This document shows, piece by piece, positions 26,115-38,029 of a stretch of 64,000 nucleotides of DNA. The notes beneath the pieces are model-generated. The model made no database searches and was not told the origin of the DNA. It saw nothing but the letters and a program-made list of their open reading frames with translations. Both the position numbers and the translations under genes were made by a program. Every line of letters begins with the position of its first letter. The stretch's first letter is position 1. Origin of the DNA: Mobula birostris (taxonomy: Eukaryota); assembly GCF_030028105.1 (NCBI RefSeq), contig NC_092370.1, positions 198,320,005-198,384,004 on the forward strand, written 5' to 3'.

Positions 26115-28125
26115 TTTCAAATATTTTTATTGGTTTTTTAAATAAAGAGAACATTTGTGCAGTTCATAACAAATGTATCAAATGTACAATTTACATCTAT
26201 GAAAGAGATGCACCCATAGTACAATCGTGCTTTAGTTGCTTCCCTGCCCCAGCCCACTCCTCCCAATCCCCATCTCCAAGCCAGCATTGCATTAGCAAAA
26301 AGGGTTAAACAGAACCTTTGTCCCCACAGAGCTGCATTGGTATAGAGAAGGTGTATTTTCCTAATACATAAACTGTTGTATGTTTCCAAGTCTGGGTCCG
26401 TAGAATTTCACCGGGAAATGCTGGAAGTCAGGGATTTATGTGCAGAGGAAAGGAAGAAAGGATGGACCTTTAGTTTGGCTGGGAATTCTGAAGATATTCA
26501 AGAAAGGGTCCCCACACCTTTTGGAACTTTATGTCCGAGTTGAGAATTGAATAATGGATCTTCTCAGGGTGTAGACTGGACATGATGCCCCTGAGCCACT
26601 GAGCGTGGGTGGGCGGGGTAGCATCCCTCCACCTGAGCAAGACTGCACGCCTGGACAAAACAGAGGCAAAAGACAGTGTGCGACGTTTGGTCGGACTTAG
26701 GTGCGTGTCCCCCTCTCCGGAGGTGCGGAAAAGAGCAATCAAAGGGTTAGGTTCCAAATTATAATTAAGTATTTGGGATAGAGTTTGGAAAACATCTTTC
26801 CAGTATTTTTCCAAGCTAGGGCATGTCCAGTACACGTGAATAAGGGAAGCCTCACCCCTTTTGCATTTGTCACAACAGGGATTAACATCTCATTAAATGC
26901 GAGATAATTTAGTTTTAGACATATGGGCCCTGTGTACGACCTTGAACTGTAACAAGCAGTGGCAGACACATAAAAAGGTTGAATTAACTAACTTAAGAAC
27001 TGAATCCCATACATCATCTGACAGTGAGAAATTTAAATCTTGCTCCCAGGCAGTTTTAATTTTGTCAAGGGGGACTCGCCTCACGACCGCTAGCTTGTTG
27101 CAAATAGTAGATATTAGACCTTGGCACAATGGATTCATGCGGAGGAACATATCAACGACGTTTGTGTCGGGTGCCTCGGAAGTTTGATATCAAAGGGCTG
27201 ATAAAATGTCTAATTTGCAAATATCTGAAGAAATGAGTGTTGGGTAGGTTAAACTGTGCAGACAGTTGTTCAAATGATGCAAAGCAGTTGTCTATAAAAA
27301 GATCTTTAAGGCGCCTGATGCCCTTTCTATACCAGTCTTGAAATGTTGAATCATGTATAGAAGGCAGTAAGAGATGATTATATAGAATAGGGCTTGAAAG
27401 AGAGAAGCCATGGAGACCACTATGCTTCCTGAACTGAGCCCATACTCTCAGGGTGTGCCTGATAACAGGATTAACAATTGATTTAGGCGTAATAAAAGGG
27501 AGTGCGGATCCAAGCAGTACGGAGATGGAGAAATTCTTCATAGAGTTCAGCTCCATTGCCACCCATATTGGGCAGTCAGATTGGTTGTAAAAATGAGACC
27601 AAAAGATGAGACGGCGTATATTAGCTGCCCAGTAATATAAGCGGAAATTGGGCAAAGCCATGCCCCCAACGCTTTTAGATTTTTGAAGATGGACTTTATT
27701 CAGTCGGGGACGCTTGCCCTTCCATAAGTAGGATGATATGACGAGTCAAAGAAGGCTTTAGGAATGAAAGTTGGTATGGATTGAAAAAGGTATAAGAATT
27801 TAGGAAGGATGTTCATTTTGACAACATTAATTTGGCCCATCAGGGATATGGACAAGGGGTGACCACTGTGCTAGGCTCTGTTTTCTATGATTTAACAAAT
27901 TAATGAAACTCACCTCCTTAACCCCCATGTTCTCACTCCTTAACAAATTTAGCCAGTTTTCAGCATACAAACTTAATTTACACAAGAGTGAACTTTTTCC
28001 AATGAATGGAGAAGCACAGGCGTCAGAGTTCCATAACCTCCCTTTTAAGGAAGTGAATAACAAATTTACTTACCTCGGCGTTACAGTAACAAGGAAACAT
28101 AAGCGTCTTTTTGCAGAAAATTTCA
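26115..28125 (-). mobile_element. L1-clade LINE, 5'-truncated with inverted 5' segment (about 27909-28128 on +)
   Basis: ORF2 motifs ALPNFRLYYWAA, FFRYLQIRHF, LLQFKVVHR, HMYWTCP-like. AATAAA plus A-rich tail near 26110. Degenerate 18-bp TSD. Confidence 0.9.
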
Positions 28126-28373
28126 TTATTGTAAATTTTTAAAGCATATGTTCAAAATTGTCCCTGCAATGCTTGCATTAGGTCCGCATCGATCTTCATG
28201 ATAACTCCACTGGAAGTTCAATACAGAAGACAAGCAGTGAGGTACAGGCAGTTGTTGGAAGGACACTTGCTGCTGAAGACAAAATTGTAGAATGGCACAC
28301 TGGACAACATGTCCCATTATTTTTTGGCAGAATTGCAGAGGTAATCAATATTATAAGAATGTTCTCGCATATA

Positions 28374-29102
28374 CAGTGGATTCTGGTTAATTGGGACAAC
28401 TCTTAAAGAACAAAACCTCATTCAGAAAATAGCCGGGTTTCCCTTCATTTTTGGGACATTATGCCATTTAATTGTGTCAAGAGACTGTTGCCAAACAGTT
28501 TCTAGCTAGTATCGGTCACGTACTCTTGTGTGGCCATTAGACACAACACCATGCTTAGAACAAACAGTCTTTAAATAGTGTCAATCAAGTCTGTTCAAAA
28601 AAACAGTGAGTTTTGTCACTGATAGTTGGCAAAAAATAGCAATACAATTTAGAATTGTTTTGTTCACTGTGGTTTCAAGCATTCAGGCTTGGAGATGCCA
28701 GAAATGGCTGTGAGTAAAAATGAAATGATTTCACTATGTCAGCAAGTCAGGAACTATGAAGAATTTCATGGTATTGACAATCGTTGTGAATGTTATCTGT
28801 ACTAGGGGCCTGTGATGATTTTGTTTGGTTACTGTCACTCAAAAGAACATGGAAGTGTACAGGTACAAGGGAGGAATTCCTCCATCGATACAATTAGGTA
28901 CTAATACATGAGGACTGTATTGGTAGTGTTCTGATTTGTTCTATATTTCATTTAAATACGTAATTTGTTACTCAGTTAAATGATAGTTTGTGCTCCTTAT
29001 ACTTTTAAAAAGGATTAGCATGAAACTTCGGCTAATCAGGACAGCTGCTTAATTGGGCCAAAATGTACTGGTCACGATGTGTCCCAGTGAATCGGAATAC
29101 AG
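28374..29102. mobile_element. Non-autonomous Tigger/pogo-like DNA transposon
   Basis: TA|CAGTGGATTCTGGTTAATTGGGAC left end and a decayed complementary right end. Homologous to 45239-46297. Confidence 0.75.
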
Positions 29103-29469
29103 TACACAGCATACGATGAGGTAACCTGATGAATGTTTTATTTTAGTGCAATGTTATGCTAATGAGGAAGTAAAGTGGCACTATTGATTACAAGTGATCA
29201 ATATCTTTTGGTTAGCACAAAACACAATTTTTTTTGCTTGTGAAATAGAATCTGAAGTAGCTATATGAGCCAAGAGCAAATTATAAAAGGGTATAGTCAT
29301 TTGATGAGTGACTTGGCCAGCATACATGTCTGTAATTTATCAAATTTGGTCATTGCTGACAAGGACACTGCTGTAATCTAAAGTAAAGCTTCAAACTGTT
29401 GGAGAAAAAGCATTTCAGGATGTTTATTGTACACATTTCTCTGACATTAAATTGGACCTTTGAACCTTT

Positions 29470-29930
29470 GAAATACAGTGGGTTGACCAGCATCTGTGGG
29501 AGCAGGGAGGGGGGAGGAATTGTCAGTGTTTTGGGTCAAGGCCCTCATCAGGACTAAGTGGGGAGAGGGACGATAGCCAGTACAAAGAGAGGGGGAGAGG
29601 GTTGGGGCCAGTAGATGGATTAAGGACAGGTAAAGGATAACAGGCAGATGGAGCGATGTGTGAGAAGGGTAGGTCGGGGAGACAGAGGTGGGTGGAAAGC
29701 AGATGAGGAAAAAAATGGCAGTTGGAGTGGAGTGGAGTGGAGTGGAGAATGAAGTGAAGATAGAGGCTACAGGGTGATAAGCAAGAACATCTGCTACCAT
29801 GAGTAAGGAAGTTGATAATAGAAATCCTCAGGGGTGATAGGGGAAGGAAATGGATGTGGGGTGGGGGGTGGAATCCAGTAGGTGAAATAAATTGGTTGTA
29901 GGTGGATGGATCCAGGAGAGAAAGAATAAG
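29470..29930 (-). mobile_element. Penelope-like element terminal region with hammerhead core
   Basis: Pyrimidine-rich tract, then CTGATGA-GGGCCTTGACCC-AAAAC on the minus strand (about 29525-29552). Confidence 0.65.
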
Positions 29931-30344
29931 AGGAGTAGGCTATTTTGGCACTTCAAGCATCCTCTGCCATCCGATATAATCACGGCTGCTCCTCTATCCC
30001 ATTGCAATATTCCCACTCTCTCCCCATATACTTTTGTATTCAGAGATCAACCACTTTGTATATATTTAGTGACTTGGCTTTCACTGCCTTCTCTGGTAGA
30101 GAACTCCTTTGAGTAAATAAATTTCTTCTAAACATGATCCTAAAAAGTCTTGCTCCATATCCTGAAACTGAATGACTGTTTCCTCCTTGTATCTAGATCA
30201 TCTAACGAGGTTATAAATTTGTATGTTTCAACACGATCCTTCTTATTCTATTAAACTTCTATTCTTCATTGAAAGCCTAATGGAACCAGTCTTTCTTCAT
30301 TTGACAATCCTGTATCTCAACAGTCAGACTGGTGAATCTTTGCA

Positions 30345-30720
30345 CACTGTAGTACTGAATTGATCTGTATAAAAAGTGTATTGAAGTAGTACAAGGTAAC
30401 ACAGCAACAGAATGCAGAATGAAGTGTTGCAGTTGTGGGGAAAGTACAGTGCAGGTAGACATTAGGTGCAAGGCCAAAACGAGGTCGATTGTGAGATCAG
30501 AGTACTTATGATACTAGGGAAGGGTTCAATCGTCTTATAACAGCAGGATAGAAACAGTCCTTGAGCCTGCTGGCACACCTTTTCACGCTTTTGAGCCTTC
30601 TGCTGTGGGGGTGGGGGGGGAAGGTAGTGATTGGGGAGGGTGGAGTCTTGCATTGTGCTGGCTGCTTTACCAAGGCAGTGAGCCGTAGGCAGAGTCCATG
30701 AAGTGCAGGCTGTTTTTGGT
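30345..30720 (-). mobile_element. Rex1/Babar-type LINE 3' fragment
   Basis: Minus strand HCLGKAASTMQD..P.H motif and the 3' UTR shared with 43205-43400. Confidence 0.65.
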
Positions 30721-31566
30721 GATATGCTGAACTGTGTCATTACCCTCTTTATACTGTTCCATTTTTGCCCACTCATTCAATCTGTCTATATTGCCTCGAA
30801 GTTTCATTTCATCGTCTCCTCAATTTACAATCCAGCCCAGTTTTATATTATCAACAAACCTGGAAACCTTAGGTTTGCTTCCTCATCCAAATCATTGGAG
30901 GGTGAGTAACTAGAGTCCAAACACTGATCTTTGTCTGTGGTAGTTCCAGCACTGATCTATGGGATCTCTCAAGAATGTCTTATTCTTCTTTTGCACAGCT
31001 TTTAGCTTTTTTGAATTCAGAAAGTAACTTGGGCAATCATTCTTGTGTTCAAAGTACATGACCTCATGTAGCCTTTTAAGTCCATGTTTCTCTATTTTGC
31101 CCAATCAGATAATCTGTCAATGTGTCCTGGCAACTTTCTGATCCAGCGACATTATTATGCAATCTAATCTGGTGCCATCAGTAAATTTGAATATGTTGTC
31201 CCTTTTTCTTCAAATTGGCTATTCATTATTATATCACAAACCCACAATTCAGACTAATTATACCATACAAACTGTTTTATACTAAATACAGTAAATTATT
31301 CTATAAGAAGCACAGAACCATGTATGTTCAATAACTGATTTCTTTCAAATTGGTGACAGTATATGAAAGTGATTTTTTTACCCAAATATGTGTCATTGGC
31401 ACACTGTAACTGCAATGTGTACTTTAACCAAGATCTCCTACAAAAACTGCAAAACTACCTTGTGGGCAACTTCCAAAGTCACAAAAATGCAAAGGGCTGT
31501 TTTACAACAGCAAACCTTTCAAATAATTGTCCCCACCCCTATTTCTATGTCTTGGGTTTATATCAA

Positions 31567-31830
31567 AGAACATTGAATATTACAGCACAGTACAGGCCCT
31601 TCAGCCCATGATTTCATGCAGACCCTTTGACCTCTAAAATCAGTCTAACCCTTCCCTCCTGCATAGCCCTCCATTTTACTATCTAAGAGTTTCTTAAATG
31701 CCCCCAATGTATTTTCCTGTACAACCACCACTGGCAGCGTGTTCCACGCACCCACCACTCTGTGAAAGGAATTATGTCTGACATGAAAGTATCATGATAA
31801 TATACTTTCCTTCAACTACCTTAAAATTAT
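31567..31830 (-). mobile_element. CR1 3' end fragment
   Basis: Minus strand tail GGGCTGAAGGGCCTGTACTGTGCTGT; AGAGTGGTGGGTGCGTGGAAC. Confidence 0.75.
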
Positions 31831-31911
31831 GTCCCCTTGCTTACTGATAGCTGGATTGAAACAGAAAAAGACCATATATTATTCTTTCATTGAACTGGGG
31901 AGCTAAGTCAC

Positions 31912-32046
31912 AAATGGATAGGTATGTTGATGGCAGGGGTATGGAGGCTACGGTCTGGGTACAGGTCAATGGGAGTAGGCAGTTTAAATGTTCAGCATGG
32001 ACTAGATGGGCCAAAGGACCGGTTTCTGTGCTATACTTTTCTATGA
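31912..32046 (+). mobile_element. CR1 3' UTR fragment
   Basis: GGACTAGATGGGCCAAAGGACCGGTTTCTGTGCT tail. Confidence 0.7.
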
Positions 32047-32145
32047 TACCAAGACTTTAAGTCCTGGAGCTCCTTACCCAGCAATATTGGAGTAGACAGA
32101 AGAGGACTGGAAACAGTCTCACAAAGGTAGTTTCACGTTCCTATA

Positions 32146-33995
32146 TAGTGCCTATAAAAAGTATTCACCCTCTTGGAAATTTACATGTTTTACAACATGG
32201 AATCACAGTGGATTTAATTTGGCTTTTTTTAAAAAAACACTGATCAACAGAAAAAGACTTTTATACCAAGGTGAAAACAAATCTCTACAAAGTGATCTAA
32301 ATTAATTACAAATATAAAACTCAATAATTGATTGCATTAAGTATTCACCTGCTTCAAGTGAGTATTTAGAAGTTGCACCTTTGGCAGCAATTCCAACCTT
32401 GAGTCTGTGTGGATAGGTCTCTATCAGCTTTGCACATCTGAACACTGAATTATTTCCTCATTCTTCTTTACAAAACTGCTCAAGCTCTGTCAGATTGCAT
32501 GGAGATCGTGAGTGAACAGCCCTTTTCAAATCCAGCCACAGGTTCTCAATTGGATTGAGGTCTGGACTCTGACTCAGCCACTCCAGGACATTAAGACTGT
32601 TTTTTTAAGCTATTCCTGTGTAGCTTTGGCTTTATGCTTGGGGTCATTGTCTTGCTGGAAAACAAATCTTCTGTGGCGGACTTCAACAGGTTTTCCTCCA
32701 GAATTTCCCTGTATTTTGCTACATTCATTTTACCCTCTACCTTCTCAAGCCTTCCAGGGCCTGTTACAGTGAAGCATCTACACAGCATGATGCAGCCACC
32801 ACCATGCTTCACAGTAGGGATCCTCTCCCTTCTCCAGCCTCGTATCCCTTTTGCCAATCAACTTTCCAGCTCTTAACTCCATTCCCCCCCCCCCCCAGTC
32901 TTCTCCTAACATTTTGGATCTCCCCCTCCCACTTTCAAATCTCTTAATATCTCTTCTTTCAGTTAGTCCTGACGAAGGGTCTCGGCCTAAGACATTGACT
33001 GTACCTCTTCCTATAGATGCTGCCTGGCCTGCTGTGTTCGCCAGCATTTTTTGTGTGTGTTGCTTGAATTTCCAGCATCTGCAGATTTCCTCGTGTGCAC
33101 AGTAGGGATGGTGTGTTTTTGATGATGTGCAAGCCAAACATAGTGTTTAGTCTGATGGCCAAAAAGCTCAATTTTGGTTTCATCAGACTATAGAACCTTC
33201 TTCCAGCTGACCTCGGAGTCACCCACATGCCTTCTGGCAAACTCTAGCTGAGATTTCATATGAGTTTTTTTTCAGCAGTGGTTTTCTCTGTGTCACTGTC
33301 TCATAAAGCTGTGACAGGTGAAGCACTTGGGCAACAGTTGTATGTACAGTCTCTCCCATTTCAGCCACTAAAGCTTGTAACTCCTCCACAGTTGTCATAG
33401 GTCTCTTTGTGGCCTACCTCACCAGCCCCCTTCTTGGATGGACACTCAGTTTTTGAGGACAGTCTGCTCTAGGCAGATCTACAGCTGTGCCATCTTTTCA
33501 TTACTTGATCAATTTAACTGTACTCCAAGAGATATTCAGTGACTTGGAGATTTTCTTGTATCCATCTCCTGACTTGTGCTTTTCAATAACCTTTTCACAG
33601 AGCTGAGTGTTCTTTTGCCTTCATGGTGTAATTTTTGCCAGGATACTGACTCACCAGCAGTTGGACTCTCCAAATAACAGGTGTATTTTTACTACAATCA
33701 ATTGACACACCTTGACTGCACTCGTTGATTCCTATTTAACTATGTGACTTCTAAAACAAATTGCTTGCACCAGTGATGATTTAGTGTGTCATATTAAGGG
33801 GGGGGGGGAGCGAGTGCTTATGCAATCAATTATTCTATGTTTAATATTTGAAATTAATTTAGATCATTTTGTACAAGTCTGTTTTCACTTTGATCAGTGT
33901 CAAACAAAGCCAAATTAAATTGATTGCGATTCAATGTTGTAAAACAATAAAACATGAAATCTTCCAAGAAAGGTGAATACCTTTTATAGGCACTG
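32146..33995 (-). mobile_element. Tc1-family DNA transposon (IR/DR type), decayed transposase
   Basis: About 200-bp TIRs (AGTGCCTATAAAAAG / CTTTTATAGGCACTG), TA TSD, inner repeat AAGTATTCACC. Transposase motif TVKHGGGCIML..GPGRL. Confidence 0.92.
32822..33097 (+). mobile_element. Penelope-like terminal fragment inserted in the Tc1 transposase
   Basis: 12-bp TSD CACAGTAGGGAT (32810-32821 and 33098-33109). Hammerhead-like CTGACGA-AGGGTCTCGGCCT-AAGAC at 32969. Confidence 0.85.
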
Positions 33996-34620
33996 TATAT
34001 GGGTAAAATTTAAAGAACAATATAGCATTGTAAACCTTTAAATTCCTTATTAATGCTTAGATACGTTTAGTGATTTATATAAACAGCACAATACATTTAG
34101 CTCGAACTCTTTCTAGGCACTCATTGTAAAAGTTACAATTGCTTGAATATAAAATAATTTTTAGTCAAAACAACTGTATTACTAATTAAGATATTCGGTT
34201 ATTGAATTAATTTCATATTTTAATAATGTGAATAGTACAAAATGAACTAACTACTCTTAAGTAATCATTTCCTATAAATACCACAAGAGGGTAGCTTTCA
34301 GTAAAGACAATGAACTATTCTTTCCAGCGAAAACTAACAATGTTGTGGCAAGATAAGTGATTGACAGAAATGTGACAAAATTAATGGAAATCGATTTTTG
34401 ATTTTACATTTTCAGCACCAGATTAGGATTTATCTCAATCTAAATGAAATTAAAATTGAATATTCTCTGTGTGTATTAAAGAAATTTGATCAGAATGATT
34501 TAATTCTTGGTTATCTTCGAAATCGCAATTTTAGATGCATTCATTTTGCATTCATCAAGCAGAAGGTACTAGATAGGCCTAGACTGAGTCTTTTTTCTGG
34601 TTATTTATGTATTATTAATT

Positions 34621-34922
34621 AAGGCATCCATTAGTCTTGCGAAACCATGGATCCGTGCCTGGAAAGTCTTCACTCTCTAGGGTGCAGGCCTGGGCAAGGT
34701 TGTATGGAAGACCAGTAGTTGCCCATGCTGCAAGTCTCCCCTCTCCACGACACCGATGTTGTCCAAGGGAAGGGCAAGGGCTGATACAGCTTGGCACCAG
34801 TGTCGTCACAGAGCACTGTGTGGTTGCTCAAGGACACAACATGCTGCCTTGTCTGGGGCTCGAACTCACGACCTTCAGGTCACTAGTCCAATGCCTTAAC
34901 CACTTGGCCATGTGCCCACACA
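34621..34922 (-). mobile_element. Full-length tRNA-derived SINE
   Basis: A box TGGCCAAGTGG, B box GAGTTCGAGCC, 15-bp TSD TATGTATTAT(T/G)AATT (34606-34620 and 34923-34937). Confidence 0.88.
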
Positions 34923-35221
34923 TATGTATTATGAATTATATATATATCCACCTTTATAGCAATTTTTTTACAAACTTCTTTGCCACAATTTGAGATGTTA
35001 GTACTTTCCTCTTGTGGGAATTTATCTGAACCGTTAGGCTCAAAAGGCAAGATATTTGCATAATTTTGTCACTAAATTATGGACTCTGACACAGCTTAGT
35101 CCTGATATATTTGCATGAGACTTAGAAGTTAAGATACCCTGGCTTAATTTAGCCAGTCACAGTTTTACAAATTACATTTTATTTCAGTTTTATTTAGCAA
35201 AAATAGATGGATTTAATCCTC

Positions 35222-36393
35222 GGAGTACCCCTGAGGCCATCCTCCTCAACAACACAAGTATATCACTTTGGTTACTGTCGAGAGGAATGACTTAGCAGAG
35301 GAAAGTCACAGTGGTCAGGACTCTGGCTCTGTGACTCAGAAGAGAAGTGAGGAAAAGAGGTGTGCTGTGGTGATACGGGATTCATTAGTCAGGGAAGCTG
35401 AAAGGAGGTTCTGAGACAAGAATGAGATTTCTTGATGGTATGTTGCCTCCCGGTTGTTAGGGTCTGAGACATTCTAAGGGATTCTACAGATATGTTAACA
35501 GCAAAAGGACTACAAGGGACAAAATTGATCCTCTGGAAGACCAGAATGGTAATCCATGTGTGGAGCCAAAACAGATGGGGAGATTTTAAATATATTTTTT
35601 AAATCTGTATTTACTCAGGAGATGGACTCAGAGTCTATAGAAGTGAGGCAAAGTGACATCAACTTCATCAACTTCAACTAGCAGATAGCGACAGGTGACA
35701 TACCAGAGGATTGGAGGATAGCTAATGTTGTTCTGCTGTTTAAAAAATGCTCTAAATATGAACGAGGATATTATAGGCATTGTGTCTGACATCAGTTGTG
35801 GGAAAGTTATTGGAAGGTATTCTAAGAGACTATATATATAAGCATTTGGATGGACATTGACTGATGAGGGATAGCAAGCATGGCTTCTTGCGTGGTAGGT
35901 CATGTCTAACAAATCTTACAGACATTTTCTAGGAAGTTACCAGGAAAGTGGATGAAGGCAAGGCAGTGGATGTTATCTACATGGACTTTAGCAAGGCATT
36001 TGAGAAGGTCCTGCAGGGGAGGTTGGTCAAGAAGGTTCAGTTGCTCAGCATTCAAGATGAGGTAGTAAATTGGATTAGACATTGACTTTGTGGGAGAAGC
36101 CAGAGAGTGGTAGTAGATGGTTGTCTCTCTGACTGGATGCCTGTGACTAGTGGAGTGCTGTAGTGATTTGTGCTAGGTTCCTTGTTATTTGTCATCTATA
36201 TTATAACGTGGTCAATTGGATCAGCAAATTTGTGGATGACACCAAGATTGGGGGTGTAGTGGACAGTGAGGAAGGCTATTGTGGCTTGCAGAGGGATCTG
36301 CAAGAGCTGGAAAAATGGGCTGAAAACTGATGGATGGAATTTAATGCAGACAGGTATAAGGTTTTGCACGTTGGTAGGACCAAGTAAGGTAGG
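35222..36393 (+). mobile_element. CR1 LINE, internally deleted (ORF1 esterase piece plus RT piece)
   Basis: AVVIRDSLVR (GDSL-like), AVDVIYMDFSKAFEKV, SKFVDDTK. Confidence 0.85.
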
Positions 36394-37670
36394 AAAAACA
36401 GTTTCTCCTCATCTCCGTCCTAAATCTTCTCCCCTGAATCTTGAGGCAATGTACCCTAGTTCTTGTCTCACCTACCAATGGAAACAACTTTCCTACTTCT
36501 GTCTTGTCTATCCCTTTCAAAATTTTGTATGTTTCTATAAGATTCCCTCTCATTCTTCTGAATTCCAGAGAGTATAGTCCCAGGTGACTCAATCTCTCCT
36601 CATAGGTTAACCCCTTCATCTCTTGAATCAACCTGGTGAACCTCCTCTGTACTGCCTCCAAAGCCAGTATATCCTTCCTGAAGTATGGAGACCAGTACTG
36701 CACACAGTACTGCAGGTGCAGCCACACCAGTACCCTATCTAGTTGCAGCATGACCTCCCTGCTCTTGAATTCAATCCCTCTAGCAATGAAGGCCAACATT
36801 CTGTTTGCCTTCTTAATAATCTGTTGTACCTGCAAGACAACTTTTTGCGATTCATGCACAAGCACTCCCAAGTCCCTCTGCACGACAGCATGCCGCAGTC
36901 TTTCAGCATTTAAATAATAATCTGCTCTTCTATTATTCCTTCCAAAGTGGATGATCTCGCATTTACCAATGTTGTATTCCATCTGCCAGCCCTTGGCCCA
37001 CTCACTTAACCTCTCTATATCCCTCTGCAGACTCTCCCCATCCTCTGTGCAATTTGCTTTTCCACTCAGTTTAGTGTTATGTCTTCCTTAATAACAGCTT
37101 CAAGCATTTTCCCAACTACAGATGTTAAGTTAACTGGCCTATAGTTGCCCGTCTTTTGCCTACATCCTTTTTTAAAAAGTGGCGTAACATTTGCTGTCTT
37201 CCAATCCGCCAGGACCTGCCCAGAGTCTAGAGGGTTTTGGTAAGTGATTACCAACACATCTACTATAACCTCCGCCAATTCCCTCAGCACCCTGGGATGC
37301 ATCCCATCAGGACCAGGGGACTTAGCTACCTTCAGGCCCTCTAGTTTGTTCATTACTATCTCTTTAGTGACAGTGATTTTATCGGGGTCCTCACCTCCCA
37401 TTTTGTCCATAACATCATTCTTTGGCATATTAGACATGTCCTCCACCGTGAAGTCCGACACAAAATAGTCGTTCAATGCCTCAGCCATTTCCTTATCACC
37501 CAATATCAATTTCCCCTTCTCATCTTCCAAGGGACCTATGTTGACTTTAGCCACCCTCTTCTGCTTTATATATTTATAAAAACTTTTGCTATCTGTTTTT
37601 ATATTTTGTGCTAATTGACTTTCATACTCTATCTTCCCTTTCCTTATTTCTTGTTTAGTTGTTCTTTGTT
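36394..37670 (-). mobile_element. CR1 LINE ORF2 fragment with RT core deleted near 37066
   Basis: KSPGPDGMHPRVL, GNYRPVNLTSVVGK, YCVQYWSPY, EAVQRRFTRLI. Confidence 0.92.
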
Positions 37671-38029
37671 ACAATATCTCTTATATTTTCCTTAAAGGAA
37701 AGGAGAAATATGTCAATGAATGCTCCGCAATACATTTTAGGGGACACCTGTTGAATAGCTGGCATTGTGCATAAGGTGCAAGATGTAGGTACAAGAAGAG
37801 AACTAAATCAATGAAATGAAAAGCTGCTAACATTTCAGGTCAATGACATTTTGTTTGAAGTGCCCACTACATTGCTCTCTCCATGGATGCTGCCTGTCTG
37901 CTCAGTATTACAACATTTTCTAACATCTGCACATTTTTTTTTATCTTTGAAGCACATGTTAGTTTTGCTTTGATTGATACTGTTGAAATGTAAAAGAAAA
38001 GGTCAAATGGATCAGAGTTCAAAGTTCAA

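Noticed and set aside
34845-34922. tRNA gene
   Set aside because: The A and B boxes belong to a TSD-flanked SINE head; there is no full cloverleaf or terminator.
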